A stretch of 64,000 bases of DNA from an uncultured Bacillota bacterium. Lineage in GTDB: Bacteria; Sysuimicrobiota; Sysuimicrobiia; Sysuimicrobiales; Segetimicrobiaceae. The notes under the pieces are model-generated. The model had not been told where the DNA came from. It worked only from the letters and a program-made list of their open reading frames with translations, and ran no database searches. Both the position numbers and the translations under genes were made by a program. Location: NCBI GenBank assembly GCA_963787105.1, contig CAWBBU010000006.1, positions 262,141 to 326,140 of the forward strand, read 5' to 3'. Shown piece by piece: positions 29,153-42,482 of the stretch; within the stretch, counting starts at the first letter, position 1, and every line of letters starts with the position of its first letter.

Positions 29153-29319
29153 AAAGTGCGGCCCCGGCTGTTGCGGAGGCTGCGGCTCCGGCCGCTGCAG
29201 AAAGTGCGGCCCCGGCCGTCGCGGAGAACGCGGCCCCGGCGGCGGTCGCGAAAAGTGAAGCTCCAGCCGTCCCAGAGAGCGGAACCCCGGCAGCGGAGAA
29301 CGGTCCTACCGGGGCGTGA
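29096..29319 (+). repeat. Imperfect tandem coding-type repeat (ESAAPxVAE units) spanning the rplJ stop codon
   Basis: 27-nt units lie at 29096-29122, 29152-29178 and 29200-29226. Downstream of the TAG (29150-29152) the repeat stays open in frame +2 until TGA 29317-29319. Confidence 0.6.
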
Positions 29320-29359
29320 TCCAACAGGATAGTACAGATTCGAGCGGGAGGGGATAGGA

Positions 29360-29740
29360 ATGGCAGCGATTGAGCAGATCGTAGGGGAAATTGAGGGGTT
29401 GTCCGCGCTGGACCTGTCAAAGCTGGTCAAGGCGCTTGAAGAGAAGTTCGGCGTGAGCGCGGCGGCTCCGATGATGGCGATGGCGGCGGCTCCCGGCGCA
29501 GGCGGGGCGGCGGCGGCCGTCGAAGAGCAGACCGAGTTCGACGCGATTCTCTCGGCGATCGGCGACAAGAAGATTCAGGTCATCAAAGTCGTCCGGGAAC
29601 TGACGGGATTGGGCCTGAAAGAGGCCAAGGATTTGGTCGACGGGGCGCCCAAGCCTGTGAAGGAAAAGGTCTCGAAGCAAGAAGCCGAGACGATCAAGAC
29701 GAAATTGACGGAAGTCGGAGCCACGGTCGAGATTAAGTAA
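29360..29740 (+). CDS. rplL: 50S ribosomal protein L7/L12 (bL12)
   Basis: 126 aa. Ala-rich hinge. [24 protein letters not shown]. Confidence 0.97.
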   Translation: MAAIEQIVGEIEGLSALDLSKLVKALEEKFGVSAAAPMMAMAAAPGAGGAAAAVEEQTEFDAILSAIGDKKIQVIKVVRELTGLGLKEAKDLVDGAPKPVKEKVSKQEAETIKTKLTEVGATVEIK

Positions 29741-29798
29741 CGGCTGACAGGGTCAGGAGGACTCGGCGGGGCGGCTCTTCGGCGCCCACGGTGTCCTC

Positions 29799-29827
29799 TT
29801 GACTGTTTTGCCTTTAACGGGTATTAT
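29799..29827 (+). promoter_or_regulatory. Sigma-70-type promoter upstream of rpoB
   Basis: TTGACT (29799-29804), 17-nt spacer, TATTAT (29822-29827). The surrounding segment is AT-rich. Confidence 0.5.
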
Positions 29828-29968
29828 AGTCTTTACTTCTATAATGCCTCTACTGCGTGTTAGAACACCTCATTGCTGGGGGACCCAGCAAACTGGCCGG
29901 ACCCGGGGCTTGGTGTGTGCTCGTCTGCCCCGGACGTTCGGACATTTCACCTGGAGGCGAAAAGGGTG

Positions 29969-32900
29969 ATGGCAAAGGCCGCGTCGCCGAAGGCCAGAGT
30001 TAGAACTGCCGGGAAGAAGGGCGCCCGGGCGAAGACAGGTGCGAAGGCAGGGGCTATGCGCCTTGTGGCCCGTGATGCCGCACGCGTGAAACTGCAGCAG
30101 TCCGGGCGTCGAAGCGGCGCCACGGCGCGCCCGCGCTTGGCGCGCACGATCCTGCTGGACATAAAGACGGAGCGGGCTCCGGTCGCCCTATTCCAGGCAC
30201 CGCCGCCGCCTGCGCCGTCGCACGCGGCGATGCGAAATGTGAAGGGCCTCGGTGAAGTCCGAGTGACCCGGCGGGGGAAGCGTTCCCGCGTGAGCTTCGC
30301 CAAGATTCACGACGTCCTGGACGTGCCGAACCTGGTTGAGATCCAGCGGGAGTCCTTTAAGTGGTTCCTCAAGGAGGGCATCCGGGAGGTCTTTGAAGAG
30401 ATCTCCCCGATCCGGGACTTTACCGGGAACCTGGAGCTTCACTTTGCGGTCGGCCGACGGAAGTCGCGCACGGCGCAGGAGGACGAGAACGGCGACCTCC
30501 CGCTCGAGTTTGACGGGTACCGGCTCGAGCAGCTGCGGTATTCGGTCGACGAGTGCCGGGAACGCGACTACAACTACAGCGCAGCCCTCAAGGTGCAGGT
30601 GCGCCTTGTGATTAAGGAAACCGGCGAGGTCAAGGAGCAGGAAGTCTTCATGGGTGACTTCCCGCTCATGACCGAGCAGGGCACGTTCGTGATCAACGGG
30701 GCCGAGCGGGTGGTCGTCAGCCAGCTGGTGCGGTCTCCGGGCGTCTACTACAGCATGGCGCCCGACACGAACAACCATCTGCTCCCGGCCGCGACCGTCA
30801 TTCCGCACCGGGGCGCCTGGCTGGAATTCGAGGTCGACAACAACGGAATCGTCTACGTGCGGATCGACCGGACGCGGAAGCTCCCGGTCACGATTCTGCT
30901 GCGCGCCATCTCCCAGCAGAAGGAGACGCGGCGGGGCGAGCATTTGTCGCTGCTCACCGACGAGGAGATTCTGAAGTACTACGACCAGGACAAGGCCATG
31001 TCCGCGACACTTCAAAAGGACGAGGCCAAGACGCCCGAGGACGCGCTGCTTGCCATCTATCGGCGGCTGCGGCCGGGAGACCCGCCGACGATCGAGAGTG
31101 CGCGGACGCTGTTGAACACGCTGTTCTTCGACTCGCGCCGCTACGATCTCGGGCGGGTCGGCCGGTACAAGCTGGACAAGAAGCTGGGGTTCAAGCCGAC
31201 TCCGGAAGACGCCGCCGAGCCGCGGGTGCTGCGGCCCCGCGACATCGCGGAGATCGTGCGCTACCTGTTGACCCTCTACAACGGGCAGGGCAAGCCGGAC
31301 GACATCGACCACCTGGGGAACCGCCGGGTGCGGTCGGTGGGCGAGTTGCTGCAGAACCAGTTCCGGATCGGCATGCTCCGGATGGAGCGCGTGATCCGCG
31401 AGCGGATGACGATTCAGGACGCCGGCGCGATCACGCCGCAGGTCTTGATCAACATCCGTCCGGTGGTGGCGGCGATCAAGGAGTTCTTTGGATCGAGCCA
31501 GCTCTCGCAGTTCATGGACCAGACGAACCCGCTCGCCGAGCTGACGCACAAGCGGCGGCTGTCGGCGCTCGGCCCCGGCGGTCTCAGCCGGGAGCGCGCC
31601 GGGTTTGAAGTTCGCGACGTGCACACGTCCCACTACGGGCGGATGTGCCCGATCGAGACCCCGGAGGGCCCGAACATCGGGCTGATCTCGTCGCTCGCGA
31701 CGTTCGCGCGCGTCAATCCGTACGGGTTCATCGAGACCCCGTACCGCCGGGTGCGCGACACCCGCGTCACGCGGTCGATCGAGTATTTGACCGCGGACGA
31801 CGAGGAGCGGTACACGATCGCGCAGGCGAACGCGACGATCAACGCCGACGGCAAGCTCACGGAAGCGAAAGTGACCGCCCGTCGGGGCAGCGCGATCGTG
31901 TTGGTGCCGCCGGACGAAATCGACTACATGGACGTGTCGCCCAAGCAGATCGTGAGCGTCGCGACGGCGCTGATTCCCTTCCTCGAGCATGACGACGCGA
32001 ACCGGGCGCTCATGGGGTCCAACATGCAGCGCCAGGCCGTGCCGCTGCTCCGCACCGAGGCGCCGTTGGTGGGCACCGGGATGGAGCACCGTTCCGCCGT
32101 GGATTCGGGCGCCGTCGTCGTGGCCCGCGAAGTGGGCGAAATCGCGAGCGTGACGGGCGAGGCGATCGTCATCAAACCCGACCGCGGCAAGGAGCGGACG
32201 TACCGGTTGGTTAAGTTCCAGCGCAGCAACCAAGGGACGTGCATCAACCAGCGGCCGATCGTTGAGGTCGGCGAGCGCGTCGGGGTCGGCGACGTCGTCG
32301 CCGACGGGCCGTGCACGGACCAGGGCGAGATGGCGCTCGGTCACAACATCCTCGTCGCGTTCATGCCCTGGGAGGGCTACAACTACGAGGACGCAATTTT
32401 GATTAGCGAGCGGCTCGTGCAGAAAGATCTGTTCACGAGCATCCACATCGAGGAGTACGAGGTCGAGGCGCGCGACACGAAGCTGGGGCCCGAGGAGATC
32501 ACCCGCGACATTCCCAACGTGGGCGAGGAAGCCCTTCGGGACCTCGACGAGCGGGGGATCATTCGCATCGGCGCGGAGGTGCGGAGCGGAGACATCCTCG
32601 TCGGCAAAGTCACGCCGAAGGGCGAGACCGAGCTGACGGCGGAGGAGCGTCTCTTGCGCGCGATCTTTGGCGAGAAGGCGCGCGAGGTCCGCGACACGTC
32701 GCTCAAAGTGCCGCACGGTGAGAAGGGCAAGGTCGTGGCCGTCAAGATGTTCTCCCGGGAGGCCGGCGATGAGCTGTCGCCCGGCGTGAACCAGCTCGTG
32801 CGCGTGTACGTCGCGCAGAAGCGCAAGATCACCGTCGGCGATAAGATGGCCGGGCGGCACGGCAACAAGGGCGTGATCAGCCGGATTCTGCCGTCGGAGG

Positions 32901-33649
32901 ATATGCCCTACCTGCCGGATGGGACGCCGGTCGACATCGTGTTGAACCCGCTCGGCGTGCCGTCCCGGATGAACGTGGGACAGGTGCTCGAGACCCATCT
33001 CGGCTGGGCGGCCCACTTGATCGGGTTCCACGCGGAAACGCCCGTGTTCGACGGGCCGCGCGAGGATGAAATTCGGGAGCTGCTCACCAAGGCCAGCGAG
33101 ACCGAGGCCGGCGCCCGAGTGCAGGTGGATGACACCGGGAAGACCCGTCTGTACGACGGCCGCACCGGGGAGTCGTTCGAGCAGGAGGTCACGATCGGCC
33201 AGATCTACATGATGAAGCTCCTCCATCTGGTGGAGGACAAGATTCACGCCCGGTCGACCGGACCCTACTCGTTGATCACCCAGCAGCCCCTCGGCGGCAA
33301 GGCGCAGTTCGGCGGGCAGCGGTTCGGCGAGATGGAAGTCTGGGCGCTCGAGGCGTATGGTGCCGCCAACACGCTGCAGGAGCTGTTGACGGTGAAGTCC
33401 GACGACGTCGTCGGGCGCGTGAAGACCTACGAGGCGATCGTCAAGGGCGAGAACATTCAGGAGCCCGGCGTGCCGGAGTCGTTCAAGGTGCTCGTGAAGG
33501 AACTGCAGAGCCTCTGCTTGGACGTGAAGGTGCTGAGCGAGGACCAGAAGGAGATCGAGCTCAAGGAGATCGAGGAAGACATCGCGGAGACGGCGCGCGC
33601 GCTCGGCATCAACCTGGAGGGCGAAGAGGCTCTCGTGGAGGAGTCCTAG
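29969..33649 (+). CDS. rpoB: DNA-directed RNA polymerase beta subunit with a basic N-terminal extension of about 100 aa
   Basis: The conserved start [24 protein letters not shown] begins about residue 100. ATG 29969 (or GTG 29966) follows GGAGG at 29953-29957. An alternative ATG at 30230 lacks an SD. Confidence 0.95.
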   Translation: MAKAASPKARVRTAGKKGARAKTGAKAGAMRLVARDAARVKLQQSGRRSGATARPRLARTILLDIKTERAPVALFQAPPPPAPSHAAMRNVKGLGEVRVTRRGKRSRVSFAKIHDVLDVPNLVEIQRESFKWFLKEGIREVFEEISPIRDFTGNLELHFAVGRRKSRTAQEDENGDLPLEFDGYRLEQLRYSVDECRERDYNYSAALKVQVRLVIKETGEVKEQEVFMGDFPLMTEQGTFVINGAERVVVSQLVRSPGVYYSMAPDTNNHLLPAATVIPHRGAWLEFEVDNNGIVYVRIDRTRKLPVTILLRAISQQKETRRGEHLSLLTDEEILKYYDQDKAMSATLQKDEAKTPEDALLAIYRRLRPGDPPTIESARTLLNTLFFDSRRYDLGRVGRYKLDKKLGFKPTPEDAAEPRVLRPRDIAEIVRYLLTLYNGQGKPDDIDHLGNRRVRSVGELLQNQFRIGMLRMERVIRERMTIQDAGAITPQVLINIRPVVAAIKEFFGSSQLSQFMDQTNPLAELTHKRRLSALGPGGLSRERAGFEVRDVHTSHYGRMCPIETPEGPNIGLISSLATFARVNPYGFIETPYRRVRDTRVTRSIEYLTADDEERYTIAQANATINADGKLTEAKVTARRGSAIVLVPPDEIDYMDVSPKQIVSVATALIPFLEHDDANRALMGSNMQRQAVPLLRTEAPLVGTGMEHRSAVDSGAVVVAREVGEIASVTGEAIVIKPDRGKERTYRLVKFQRSNQGTCINQRPIVEVGERVGVGDVVADGPCTDQGEMALGHNILVAFMPWEGYNYEDAILISERLVQKDLFTSIHIEEYEVEARDTKLGPEEITRDIPNVGEEALRDLDERGIIRIGAEVRSGDILVGKVTPKGETELTAEERLLRAIFGEKAREVRDTSLKVPHGEKGKVVAVKMFSREAGDELSPGVNQLVRVYVAQKRKITVGDKMAGRHGNKGVISRILPSEDMPYLPDGTPVDIVLNPLGVPSRMNVGQVLETHLGWAAHLIGFHAETPVFDGPREDEIRELLTKASETEAGARVQVDDTGKTRLYDGRTGESFEQEVTIGQIYMMKLLHLVEDKIHARSTGPYSLITQQPLGGKAQFGGQRFGEMEVWALEAYGAANTLQELLTVKSDDVVGRVKTYEAIVKGENIQEPGVPESFKVLVKELQSLCLDVKVLSEDQKEIELKEIEEDIAETARALGINLEGEEALVEES

Positions 33650-36600
33650 ATGCAAGACGTCAACAATTTTGACGCGGTCAAAATAGCGCTCGCGTCCCCC
33701 GACCAGATCCGCGAGTGGTCGCGGGGCGAGGTGAAGAAGCCGGAAACGATCAACTACCGGACGCTCAAGCCCGAGCGCGACGGCCTGTTCTGTGAGCGCA
33801 TCTTCGGGCCCACCAAGGACTGGGAGTGCCACTGCGGCAAGTACAAGCGCATCCGGTTCAAGGGGATTATCTGCGATCGCTGCGGCGTCGAGGTCACCCG
33901 GGCGAAGGTGCGGCGCGAGCGGATGGGACACATCGAGCTCGCGGCGCCCGTGTGCCATATTTGGTACCTGAAGGGCGTGCCCAGCCGCATCGGGCTGCTC
34001 CTCGACATGTCGCCCCGGGCCCTCGAGCGGGTGGTGTACTTCGCCTCCTACGTCGTGACGGATCCCGGGCACGTCAAGGGCCTGTCGAAGCACCAGCTGC
34101 TGACCGAGGCCGACTACCGCGATCTGCGCGAGAAATTCGGCAACGGGTTCAAGGCCGGGATCGGCGCGGAGGCCATCAAGGAGCTGCTGCTCGAGATGAA
34201 CCTCGATGCGACGCAGAAGAAGCTGCGCGCCGAGCTCAAGACCGCGAGCGGGCAGAAGCGGATGAAGATCCTGAAGCGGCTCGAGGTCGTCGAGGCGTTC
34301 CGCAAGAGCGGCAACGAGCAGTCGTGGATGATTTTGGACGTGGTGCCGGTGATCCCGCCGGATCTTCGCCCCATGGTGCAGCTCGACGGCGGCCGGTTCG
34401 CGACGAGCGACCTGAATGACCTGTACCGGCGTGTGATCAATCGGAACAACCGCCTCAAGCGCCTGCTGGATCTGGGCGCGCCAGAGATTATCGTGCGGAA
34501 CGAGAAGCGCATGCTGCAGGAGGCCGTTGACGCGCTGATCGACAACGGGCGACGCGGCCGGCCTGTGACCGGGCCGAACAACCGGCCGCTCAAGTCCCTC
34601 AGCGACATGCTGAAGGGCAAGCAGGGGCGGTTCCGGCAGAATCTGCTCGGCAAGCGGGTCGACTACTCGGGACGGTCCGTGATCGTGGTCGGGCCGAAGC
34701 TCAAGCTGCACCAGTGCGGGTTGCCGAAAGAGATGGCGCTCGAGCTGTTCAAGCCGTTCGTGATGAAGAAGCTCGTCGACCGCGGGCTGAGCCAGAACAT
34801 CAAGAGCGCGAAGCGGATGGTCGAACGGGCCCGGCCGGAAGTGTGGGACGTCCTCGAGGAGGTCGTGCACGAGCATCCGGTGATGCTCAACCGCGCGCCG
34901 ACGCTGCACCGTCTCGGCATCCAGGCGTTCGAGCCGGTGCTGATCGAGGGGAAGGCGATCCAGGTCCATCCGCTCGTCTGTACCGCGTACAACGCGGACT
35001 TCGACGGCGACCAGATGGCGGTGCACGTGCCGCTGTCCGCGGCCGCGCAGGCGGAAGCCCGGGTGCTGATGTTGTCGGCGTACAACATTCTGTCGCCGGC
35101 ATACGGCCGCGCCATTACGTCGCCGACCCGCGACATCGTGTTCGGGTCCTACTATCTGACGCTGGAACGCGACGGCGCCAAGGGCGAAGGCAAGATCTTC
35201 AGCCGGCCGGACGAGGTGGTCCTCGCGTACGAGAGCGGGGTCGCGGATCTGCACGCGAAGATCAAGGTGCGGTTGAGCCATGACGGTGAGCTGATCGACA
35301 CGACGGTCGGGCGCGTGATCTTCAACGAGGCAATTCCCGAGGAGCTGCGGTTCATCAACGAGGTGTGTGACCGGAAGATTCTGTCGCAGATCGTCTCGGA
35401 GGCGTACAACCGCCTCGGCTCGACGAAGACGGTGCTGCTGCTCGATAGCCTCAAGGATCTGGGATTCCACTTCGCGACCGTGAGCGGCAGCGGCATCGCC
35501 CTTTCGGACATCGTGATTCCTAAGGAAAAGGTCGAGATCCTCGCGAAGGCGGACAAGGACGTCGAGGCGATTGACACGCAGTACCGCCGCGGTCTCATCA
35601 CGGACGAGGAGCGGTACCTGAAGACCGTGGACGTGTGGACCGAGGCCACGGAGACCGTCACCCGGCGAATGTTGAACGCGTTCGATCCGTTCAACCCGCT
35701 GTACATGATGGCCCAGTCGGGCGCACGCGGTAATATCCAGCAGATCCGCCAGCTGGCCGGCATGCGCGGCCTGATGACCGACCCGTCTGGGCGGATCATC
35801 GAGCTCCCGATCAAGGCCAACTTCCGCGAAGGGCTGACGGTGCTCGAGTACTTCATCAGCACGCACGGACAGCGCAAGGGATTGGCGGATACCGCGATCC
35901 GGACGTCAGAGTCGGGCTATCTGACGCGCCGGCTCGTCGACGTCGCGCAGGACGTGATCGTCCGGGCCGACGACTGTCAAACCACCTCGGGCGTCGAGAT
36001 GGTGCCGGTGACGGACGGCAGTCAAGTGGTGGTGGCGTTGGGCGACCGGATCACCGGGCGCATCGCGGCGGAAGATGTGATCGCGCCGCGCAGCAAGCGG
36101 GTGTTGATCGAAGCCGGCGAGGAGATCAGTGAAGCGGTGACCGAGCAGATCGAGGAGGCCGGCATCACGTCGGTCAGCGTCCGGTCGGTGCTCACATGCA
36201 AGACGCGCTACGGCATCTGCGCGAAGTGCTACGGCCGGAACCTGGCGAGCGGCAAGCTGGTGGAGATCGGCGAGGCCGTGGGCATCATCGCGGCCCAGTC
36301 GATCGGCGAGCCGGGTACGCAGTTGACGATGCGGACGTTCCATACCGGCGGCGTCGCGGGATTCGACATCACGCAGGGCCTCCCGCGCGTCGAGGAGTTG
36401 TTCGAGGCGCGCCGGCCGAAGGGCCAGGCGGTGATCGCGGAGATCGACGGCAAGGCGCACCTGTCCGAGAGCAAGGGGGCCCGGGTGATCACGCTGGCCG
36501 GTCGCGACGACGAACGGGAGTACCCGGTCGCGTACGGCGTCCGGCTGCGGATCGCCGACGGGGACAAGGTCTCGGCGGGCGACCAGTTGACGGAAGGGTC

Positions 36601-37093
36601 GGTCAATCCGCACGACATCCTTCGCATCAAGGGACTCGCCGCGGTGCAGGGGTACCTCGTGCAGGAGATTCAAAGCGTGTACCGGTCGCAGGGCGTTGAT
36701 ATCAACGATAAGCACATCGAGATCATCGTCCGCCAGATGCTTCGGCGGGTGAAGGTCGAGGAGCCCGGCGACACGGAGTTCCTGCCGGGCGAGCTCGTGG
36801 ACGTGTTCTCGCTCGAGGGCGAGAACGCGCGGGCGATGGCGTCCCGCAAGGAGCCGGCGACGGCGCGGCCGGTCTTGCTCGGCATCACAAAGGCGTCGCT
36901 CGCGACGGAGAGCTTCCTGTCGGCCGCGAGCTTCCAGGAGACGGCGCGCGTCCTGACCGACGCGGCGACCAAGGGCAAGGTCGACCCGCTGCTCGGACTG
37001 AAAGAGAACGTGATCATCGGCAAGCTCATCCCGGCCGGGACCGGGATGGCCCGGTACCGGTCGACGAAGATTTCGGTGGAAGGCCTGTCGTAG
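33650..37093 (+). CDS. rpoC: DNA-directed RNA polymerase beta' subunit
   Basis: 1147 aa. The ATG abuts the rpoB TAG. Zn-finger [20 protein letters not shown] and the catalytic NADFDGD motif. Confidence 0.97.
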   Translation: MQDVNNFDAVKIALASPDQIREWSRGEVKKPETINYRTLKPERDGLFCERIFGPTKDWECHCGKYKRIRFKGIICDRCGVEVTRAKVRRERMGHIELAAPVCHIWYLKGVPSRIGLLLDMSPRALERVVYFASYVVTDPGHVKGLSKHQLLTEADYRDLREKFGNGFKAGIGAEAIKELLLEMNLDATQKKLRAELKTASGQKRMKILKRLEVVEAFRKSGNEQSWMILDVVPVIPPDLRPMVQLDGGRFATSDLNDLYRRVINRNNRLKRLLDLGAPEIIVRNEKRMLQEAVDALIDNGRRGRPVTGPNNRPLKSLSDMLKGKQGRFRQNLLGKRVDYSGRSVIVVGPKLKLHQCGLPKEMALELFKPFVMKKLVDRGLSQNIKSAKRMVERARPEVWDVLEEVVHEHPVMLNRAPTLHRLGIQAFEPVLIEGKAIQVHPLVCTAYNADFDGDQMAVHVPLSAAAQAEARVLMLSAYNILSPAYGRAITSPTRDIVFGSYYLTLERDGAKGEGKIFSRPDEVVLAYESGVADLHAKIKVRLSHDGELIDTTVGRVIFNEAIPEELRFINEVCDRKILSQIVSEAYNRLGSTKTVLLLDSLKDLGFHFATVSGSGIALSDIVIPKEKVEILAKADKDVEAIDTQYRRGLITDEERYLKTVDVWTEATETVTRRMLNAFDPFNPLYMMAQSGARGNIQQIRQLAGMRGLMTDPSGRIIELPIKANFREGLTVLEYFISTHGQRKGLADTAIRTSESGYLTRRLVDVAQDVIVRADDCQTTSGVEMVPVTDGSQVVVALGDRITGRIAAEDVIAPRSKRVLIEAGEEISEAVTEQIEEAGITSVSVRSVLTCKTRYGICAKCYGRNLASGKLVEIGEAVGIIAAQSIGEPGTQLTMRTFHTGGVAGFDITQGLPRVEELFEARRPKGQAVIAEIDGKAHLSESKGARVITLAGRDDEREYPVAYGVRLRIADGDKVSAGDQLTEGSVNPHDILRIKGLAAVQGYLVQEIQSVYRSQGVDINDKHIEIIVRQMLRRVKVEEPGDTEFLPGELVDVFSLEGENARAMASRKEPATARPVLLGITKASLATESFLSAASFQETARVLTDAATKGKVDPLLGLKENVIIGKLIPAGTGMARYRSTKISVEGLS

Positions 37094-37176
37094 CGCATTG
37101 ACGGTGCGGCGAACGCGGGGGCCCGGCGGCGCGGCCGCTCGGGCCCCGGTTCGCCCTCGCCGCCCGCGCGGTGCCG

Positions 37177-37205
37177 TTGACAGGGTAAGCCGCCGTTGGT
37201 ACAAT
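37177..37205 (+). promoter_or_regulatory. Consensus sigma-70-type promoter downstream of rpoC
   Basis: TTGACA (37177-37182), 17-nt spacer, TGgTACAAT (37197-37205). Confidence 0.5.
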
Positions 37206-37263
37206 GGCGTGGTGGAATCACGGCCCCCGGCCGGGCTTCGGGGATGCCGCGAGCGAGCGGATT

Positions 37264-37512
37264 GTGGACGTTGATCACCTGAAAGTTGCAACGCAGCGGG
37301 CCATCGGGACCAATCAAACGACCAAGGCCGTCCATCGCGGACACGCTCGGGTAGTGTACGTCGCCCAGGATGCGGACCGACGTGTGACCGAGCCGGTCCT
37401 CCTGGCAGCCCGGGAGCGAGGGATTGAGGTCGTCGAGGTGGACTCGATGACCGCGCTGGGACGAGCGTGCGGTATCGCCGTGGGGGCCGCGGTCGCGGCC
37501 ATCCTCGGGTAG
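37264..37512 (+). CDS. ybxF: L7Ae-family K-turn-binding protein (YbxF-like)
   Basis: An 82-aa product from GTG 37264: KVATQRAIGTNQTTKAV..VVYVAQDAD..VDSMTALGRACGIAVGAAVAAI. Located between rpoC and rpsL, as in Bacillus. The ORF-track ATG 37204 overlaps the predicted -10 box. Confidence 0.75.
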   Translation: MDVDHLKVATQRAIGTNQTTKAVHRGHARVVYVAQDADRRVTEPVLLAARERGIEVVEVDSMTALGRACGIAVGAAVAAILG

Positions 37513-37796
37513 CGCACCGCGACACGGGACCCGCCTCAGCGATTCGGGGAGTCTCCCCTATAATGCGCCGCAGGATGCCAGCTTCGGCATCGCGTATGGC
37601 GCATGACTAACCGCAAACAGACGGACGTGCGATAACCCGGCCGGGTGTCCCCCGGCCGCCGGCATCGCCAACAGCCCCGGGGCGGGAGGTTCAGCCCGCC
37701 GGGGCGCTTTACGCGTCGAATGGGGCGCGCGCACCACTAATCGGAACGCACGCGGGAGACGCCGGGAGCCGGCGCTGCCTCGACGGGAGGGTGAAC

Positions 37797-38183
37797 GTGC
37801 CGACGATCACGCAGTTGGTACGGTTGGGACGGCGGATTGAGCCGAAGAAGAGCAAGTCGCCGGCGCTCCAGAACAGCCCGCAGAAGCGGGGCGTGTGTAT
37901 TCAGGTAAAGACGATGACGCCTAAGAAGCCCAACTCCGCGCTCCGGAAGATTGCCCGGGTGCGGCTGACGAACGGGCAGGAAGTGACCGTCTATATCCCG
38001 GGGATCGGGCACAACCTCCAGGAGCACTCGGTGGTGTTGATCCGCGGCGGACGCGTCAAGGATCTGCCCGGCATCCGCTACCATATCGTCCGCGGGACGC
38101 TCGATACCGCGGGCGTTCAGGACCGGAAACGCGGTCGGTCCAAGTATGGGGCCAAGCGCCCCAAGAAGGCGGGGGCAGCCTAG
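37797..38183 (+). CDS. rpsL: 30S ribosomal protein S12 (uS12)
   Basis: GTG 37797 sits 6 nt after GGGAGG and gives (M)[17 protein letters not shown] motif. Confidence 0.96.
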   Translation: MPTITQLVRLGRRIEPKKSKSPALQNSPQKRGVCIQVKTMTPKKPNSALRKIARVRLTNGQEVTVYIPGIGHNLQEHSVVLIRGGRVKDLPGIRYHIVRGTLDTAGVQDRKRGRSKYGAKRPKKAGAA

Positions 38184-38184
38184 C

Positions 38185-38655
38185 ATGCCGCGCAAAGGGG
38201 CGGTTTCGCTTCGGCGGGTTGTGCCGGACCTGGTCTTCCAGAGTCAGAACGTGACCCGGCTCGTCAACAAGGTGATGACACGGGGCAAGAAGAGCCTCGC
38301 CGAGCGCATCGTCTATGCCGCGCTCGAGAGCGTGCAGGAAAAGGGCGGCAAGGAGCCGGCCAAAGTGCTGGATGCGGCGCTCCACAACATCATGCCGGTG
38401 CTTGAAGTGAAGCCTCGGCGGGTGGGCGGCGCGACGTACCAAGTGCCGATCGAGGTCCGGCCAGAGCGGCGGATGTCGCTCGGGATCCGCTGGTTGGTGC
38501 AGTACGCCCGGCAGCGCCCGGGACGCACGATGCGGGAGCGGTTGGCGGCCGAGATCCTGGACGCCAGCAACAACGCGGGGGCGGCGGTCAAGCGCCGCGA
38601 GGACACACACAAGATGGCCGAAGCGAACAAGGCGTTCGCGCACTATCGGTGGTGA
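38185..38655 (+). CDS. rpsG: 30S ribosomal protein S7 (uS7)
   Basis: 156 aa from ATG 38185. [27 protein letters not shown]. Confidence 0.96.
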   Translation: MPRKGAVSLRRVVPDLVFQSQNVTRLVNKVMTRGKKSLAERIVYAALESVQEKGGKEPAKVLDAALHNIMPVLEVKPRRVGGATYQVPIEVRPERRMSLGIRWLVQYARQRPGRTMRERLAAEILDASNNAGAAVKRREDTHKMAEANKAFAHYRW

Positions 38656-38668
38656 GCGTGGAGGACGT

Positions 38669-40792
38669 ATGGCGACGCACCTGGAGACGAAGCAGGCATC
38701 GATGACGACGCCGCTGGCATCGCTGGAAACAATCCGGAACATCGGGATCATTGCGCACATCGACGCGGGCAAGACGACCACGACGGAGCGCATCCTTTTC
38801 TATACGGGGCGCACGCACCGGTTGGGCGAGGTCGATGAGGGCTCCGCGACGATGGACTGGATGGTCCAGGAGCGCGAGCGCGGGATCACGATCACGTCGG
38901 CTGCGACGACCGCCCAATGGCGGGGCCACAGCATCAATATCATCGACACCCCGGGCCACGTGGACTTTACGGCCGAGGTCGAGCGCTCGTTGCGCGTGCT
39001 CGACGGCGCGGTCGTGGTCCTGAGCGCCGTCGAAGGCGTCCAGCCGCAGTCGGAGACCGTGTGGCGGCAGGCCGATCGGTACGGCGTGCCGCGATTGGTC
39101 TTCGTGAATAAGATGGATCGCACCGGGGCCGACTTCTACCGGACGGTCGGCATGATCAAGGACCGCTTGGAGGCGCGCGCGGTGCCCCTCCAGCTGCCCG
39201 TCGGCGCCGAAGACGGGTTCGAGGGCGTGGTCGACCTCATCAAGATGACATCGATCATCTATACGGACGACCTCGGCACGCGCAGCGACCAGGTGGAGAT
39301 CCCGGAGTCGCTGCGGCCGCTTGCGGAGAAGTACCGCGAGGCGCTGGTCGAGGCGGCGGCCGAAATGGACGACCGCCTGACCGAGAAGTACCTCGAGGGC
39401 ACGCCGCTCACCGAGGAAGAGATCTACTCGGCGCTCCGCAAAGGGACGATCGCGACCAAGTTCATCCCCGTGCTGTGCGGCACGTCGTTCCGCAACAAGG
39501 GTGTGCAGCCGCTCCTCGACGCGGTCGTGGCCTATCTGCCCTCACCGCTGGACATCCCGCCGATGCCGGGCGTGAACCCGGAGACCGAGCAGCCCGAGAC
39601 CCGCCCGGCGGATCCCGCGGCGCCGTTCTGCGGACTGGCATTCAAGATCGTGACCGACCCGTTCGTCGGCAAGCTGACCTACTTCCGTGTGTACTCCGGG
39701 CGGCTCGAGTCCGGGTCGTACGTCTACAACGCGACGCGCCGGGTGAAGGAGCGCATCAGCCGCATTCTGCAGATGCACGCGAATCACCGCGAGGACGTCG
39801 CCGAGGTGACTGCGGGCCACGTCGTGGCCGCGGTGGGCCTCAAGGATACGACGACCGGGGACACGCTGTGCGATGAAGAGCATCCGATCGTGCTGGAGTC
39901 GATCAAGTTCCCGGAGCCCGTAATCTCGGTCGCCGTGGAGCCGAAGACCCGGGTCGACGAGGAGAAGCTCGGCGCGTCGCTGGCCAAGCTGGCCGAAGAG
40001 GACCCGACGTTCCGAGTACGGTTCGATCCCGAAACCGCGCAGACGATCATCGCGGGCATGGGCGAGCTGCACCTCGAGATCATCATCGACCGGCTGCTGC
40101 GGGAGTTTAAGGTCGCGGCGAACGTCGGGCAGCCCCAGGTGGCGTACCGCGAAACGATTCGCAAGGAGGCCGAGGCGCGCGGCCGCTACATCCGTCAGAC
40201 CGGCGGCCGGGGCCAGTACGGCGACGTGACGGTGACCGTGGAGCCGCTGCCCCGCGGGACGGGCATCGAGTTCGTGGACAAGATCACCGGCGGCCGCATC
40301 CCGCGGGAGTATATCCCCGCGGTGCAGGCGGGTATCCGCGAGGCGGCGGAGGGCGGCGTCCTGGCGGGCTATCCGATGGTCGATGTGCGTGCGACGCTGA
40401 TCGACGGGTCGTACCACGATGTGGACTCATCCGAGATGGCGTTCAAGATCGCCGGGTCCATGGGGTTCAAGCAGGCGATCCATGAGGCCGATCCGGTGCT
40501 GCTCGAGCCGGTGATGAAGGTCGAGGCGGTCACCCCTGAGCAGTACATGGGCGACGTGATCGGCGACCTGAACGCCCGGCGCGGCCGCATCATGGCGATG
40601 GAGCAGCGCGGGGCTCTGCGTATCGTGCAGGCGGAGGTCCCGCTGTCGAAGATGTTTGGATACTCGACGGCGTTGCGCTCGAACACGCAGGGGCGTGCGA
40701 CGTACACCATGGAGTTCTCGCACTACGAAGAGGTTCCAAAGAGCATCGCAGAGACGTTGATGACGAAGACGGGCGCCGGGAACAAGGCCTAG
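38669..40792 (+). CDS. fusA: Elongation factor G
   Basis: 707 aa. [34 protein letters not shown] and NKMDR motifs. Confidence 0.97.
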   Translation: MATHLETKQASMTTPLASLETIRNIGIIAHIDAGKTTTTERILFYTGRTHRLGEVDEGSATMDWMVQERERGITITSAATTAQWRGHSINIIDTPGHVDFTAEVERSLRVLDGAVVVLSAVEGVQPQSETVWRQADRYGVPRLVFVNKMDRTGADFYRTVGMIKDRLEARAVPLQLPVGAEDGFEGVVDLIKMTSIIYTDDLGTRSDQVEIPESLRPLAEKYREALVEAAAEMDDRLTEKYLEGTPLTEEEIYSALRKGTIATKFIPVLCGTSFRNKGVQPLLDAVVAYLPSPLDIPPMPGVNPETEQPETRPADPAAPFCGLAFKIVTDPFVGKLTYFRVYSGRLESGSYVYNATRRVKERISRILQMHANHREDVAEVTAGHVVAAVGLKDTTTGDTLCDEEHPIVLESIKFPEPVISVAVEPKTRVDEEKLGASLAKLAEEDPTFRVRFDPETAQTIIAGMGELHLEIIIDRLLREFKVAANVGQPQVAYRETIRKEAEARGRYIRQTGGRGQYGDVTVTVEPLPRGTGIEFVDKITGGRIPREYIPAVQAGIREAAEGGVLAGYPMVDVRATLIDGSYHDVDSSEMAFKIAGSMGFKQAIHEADPVLLEPVMKVEAVTPEQYMGDVIGDLNARRGRIMAMEQRGALRIVQAEVPLSKMFGYSTALRSNTQGRATYTMEFSHYEEVPKSIAETLMTKTGAGNKA

Positions 40793-40818
40793 GCGCTTCT
40801 CACGGACCCCGCGGGCCA

Positions 40819-42072
<1,254 letters not shown>

Positions 42073-42105
42073 AGGGTCGGCGAGTGGGGGACAAAGGAGC
42101 GCGGG

Positions 42106-42411
42106 ATGGCACAGAAGATCCGGATTAAGCTGAAGGCGTATGACCATAAGGTCCTCGATCAGTCCGCGGAAAAGATCGTGGACACGGTCAGGCGGACGGG
42201 CGCCCGTATTTCCGGGCCGGTGCCGCTGCCGACGGATCGAAACGTGTACTGCGTCATCCGCTCGCCGCACATCGACAAGGAGTCGATGGAGCACTTCGAG
42301 CTCAGGACGCACAAGCGGCTGATCGACATTCTCGAACCGACGCCCAAGACGGTGGATGCGCTGATGCATCTGGACCTGCCGGCGGGGGTCGACATCGAGA
42401 TCAAACTCTAG
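42106..42411 (+). CDS. rpsJ: 30S ribosomal protein S10 (uS10)
   Basis: 101 aa. [20 protein letters not shown]. Confidence 0.97.
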   Translation: MAQKIRIKLKAYDHKVLDQSAEKIVDTVRRTGARISGPVPLPTDRNVYCVIRSPHIDKESMEHFELRTHKRLIDILEPTPKTVDALMHLDLPAGVDIEIKL

Positions 42412-42482
42412 AGGCGCTGCCGGCGGCCGGTGAGCCGCCGGACGGCGCCGTGTTCGGCACGAGACGAGTGAGGAGCGAGCGA

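Noticed and set aside
29096-29319. Short tandem repeats after rplJ, considered as a possible CRISPR-like or non-coding repeat array.
   Set aside because: The units are imperfect and spaced 48-56 nt apart. There are no unique spacers or palindromic repeat cores. The units maintain a codon-periodic Ala/Pro/Glu reading frame, so this is a coding-type repeat, not CRISPR.
30188-35866. A 1892-aa ORF antisense to rpoB and rpoC, the longest ORF in the window.
   Set aside because: It is codon-aligned with both sense genes: rpoB, rpoC and this ORF all share the same coordinate phase. Its stop codons would therefore need sense TTA, CTA or TCA codons, which GC3-rich genes avoid. It ends exactly at a CTA codon of rpoB (30188-30190). 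The product is Arg/His/Pro/Leu-rich with no motif, making it a classic shadow ORF.
37554-37559. TATAAT box in the L7Ae-rpsL spacer as an str-operon promoter.
   Set aside because: The hexamer 17 nt upstream (TCAGCG) matches the -35 consensus poorly. It is kept only as part of the spacer observation.
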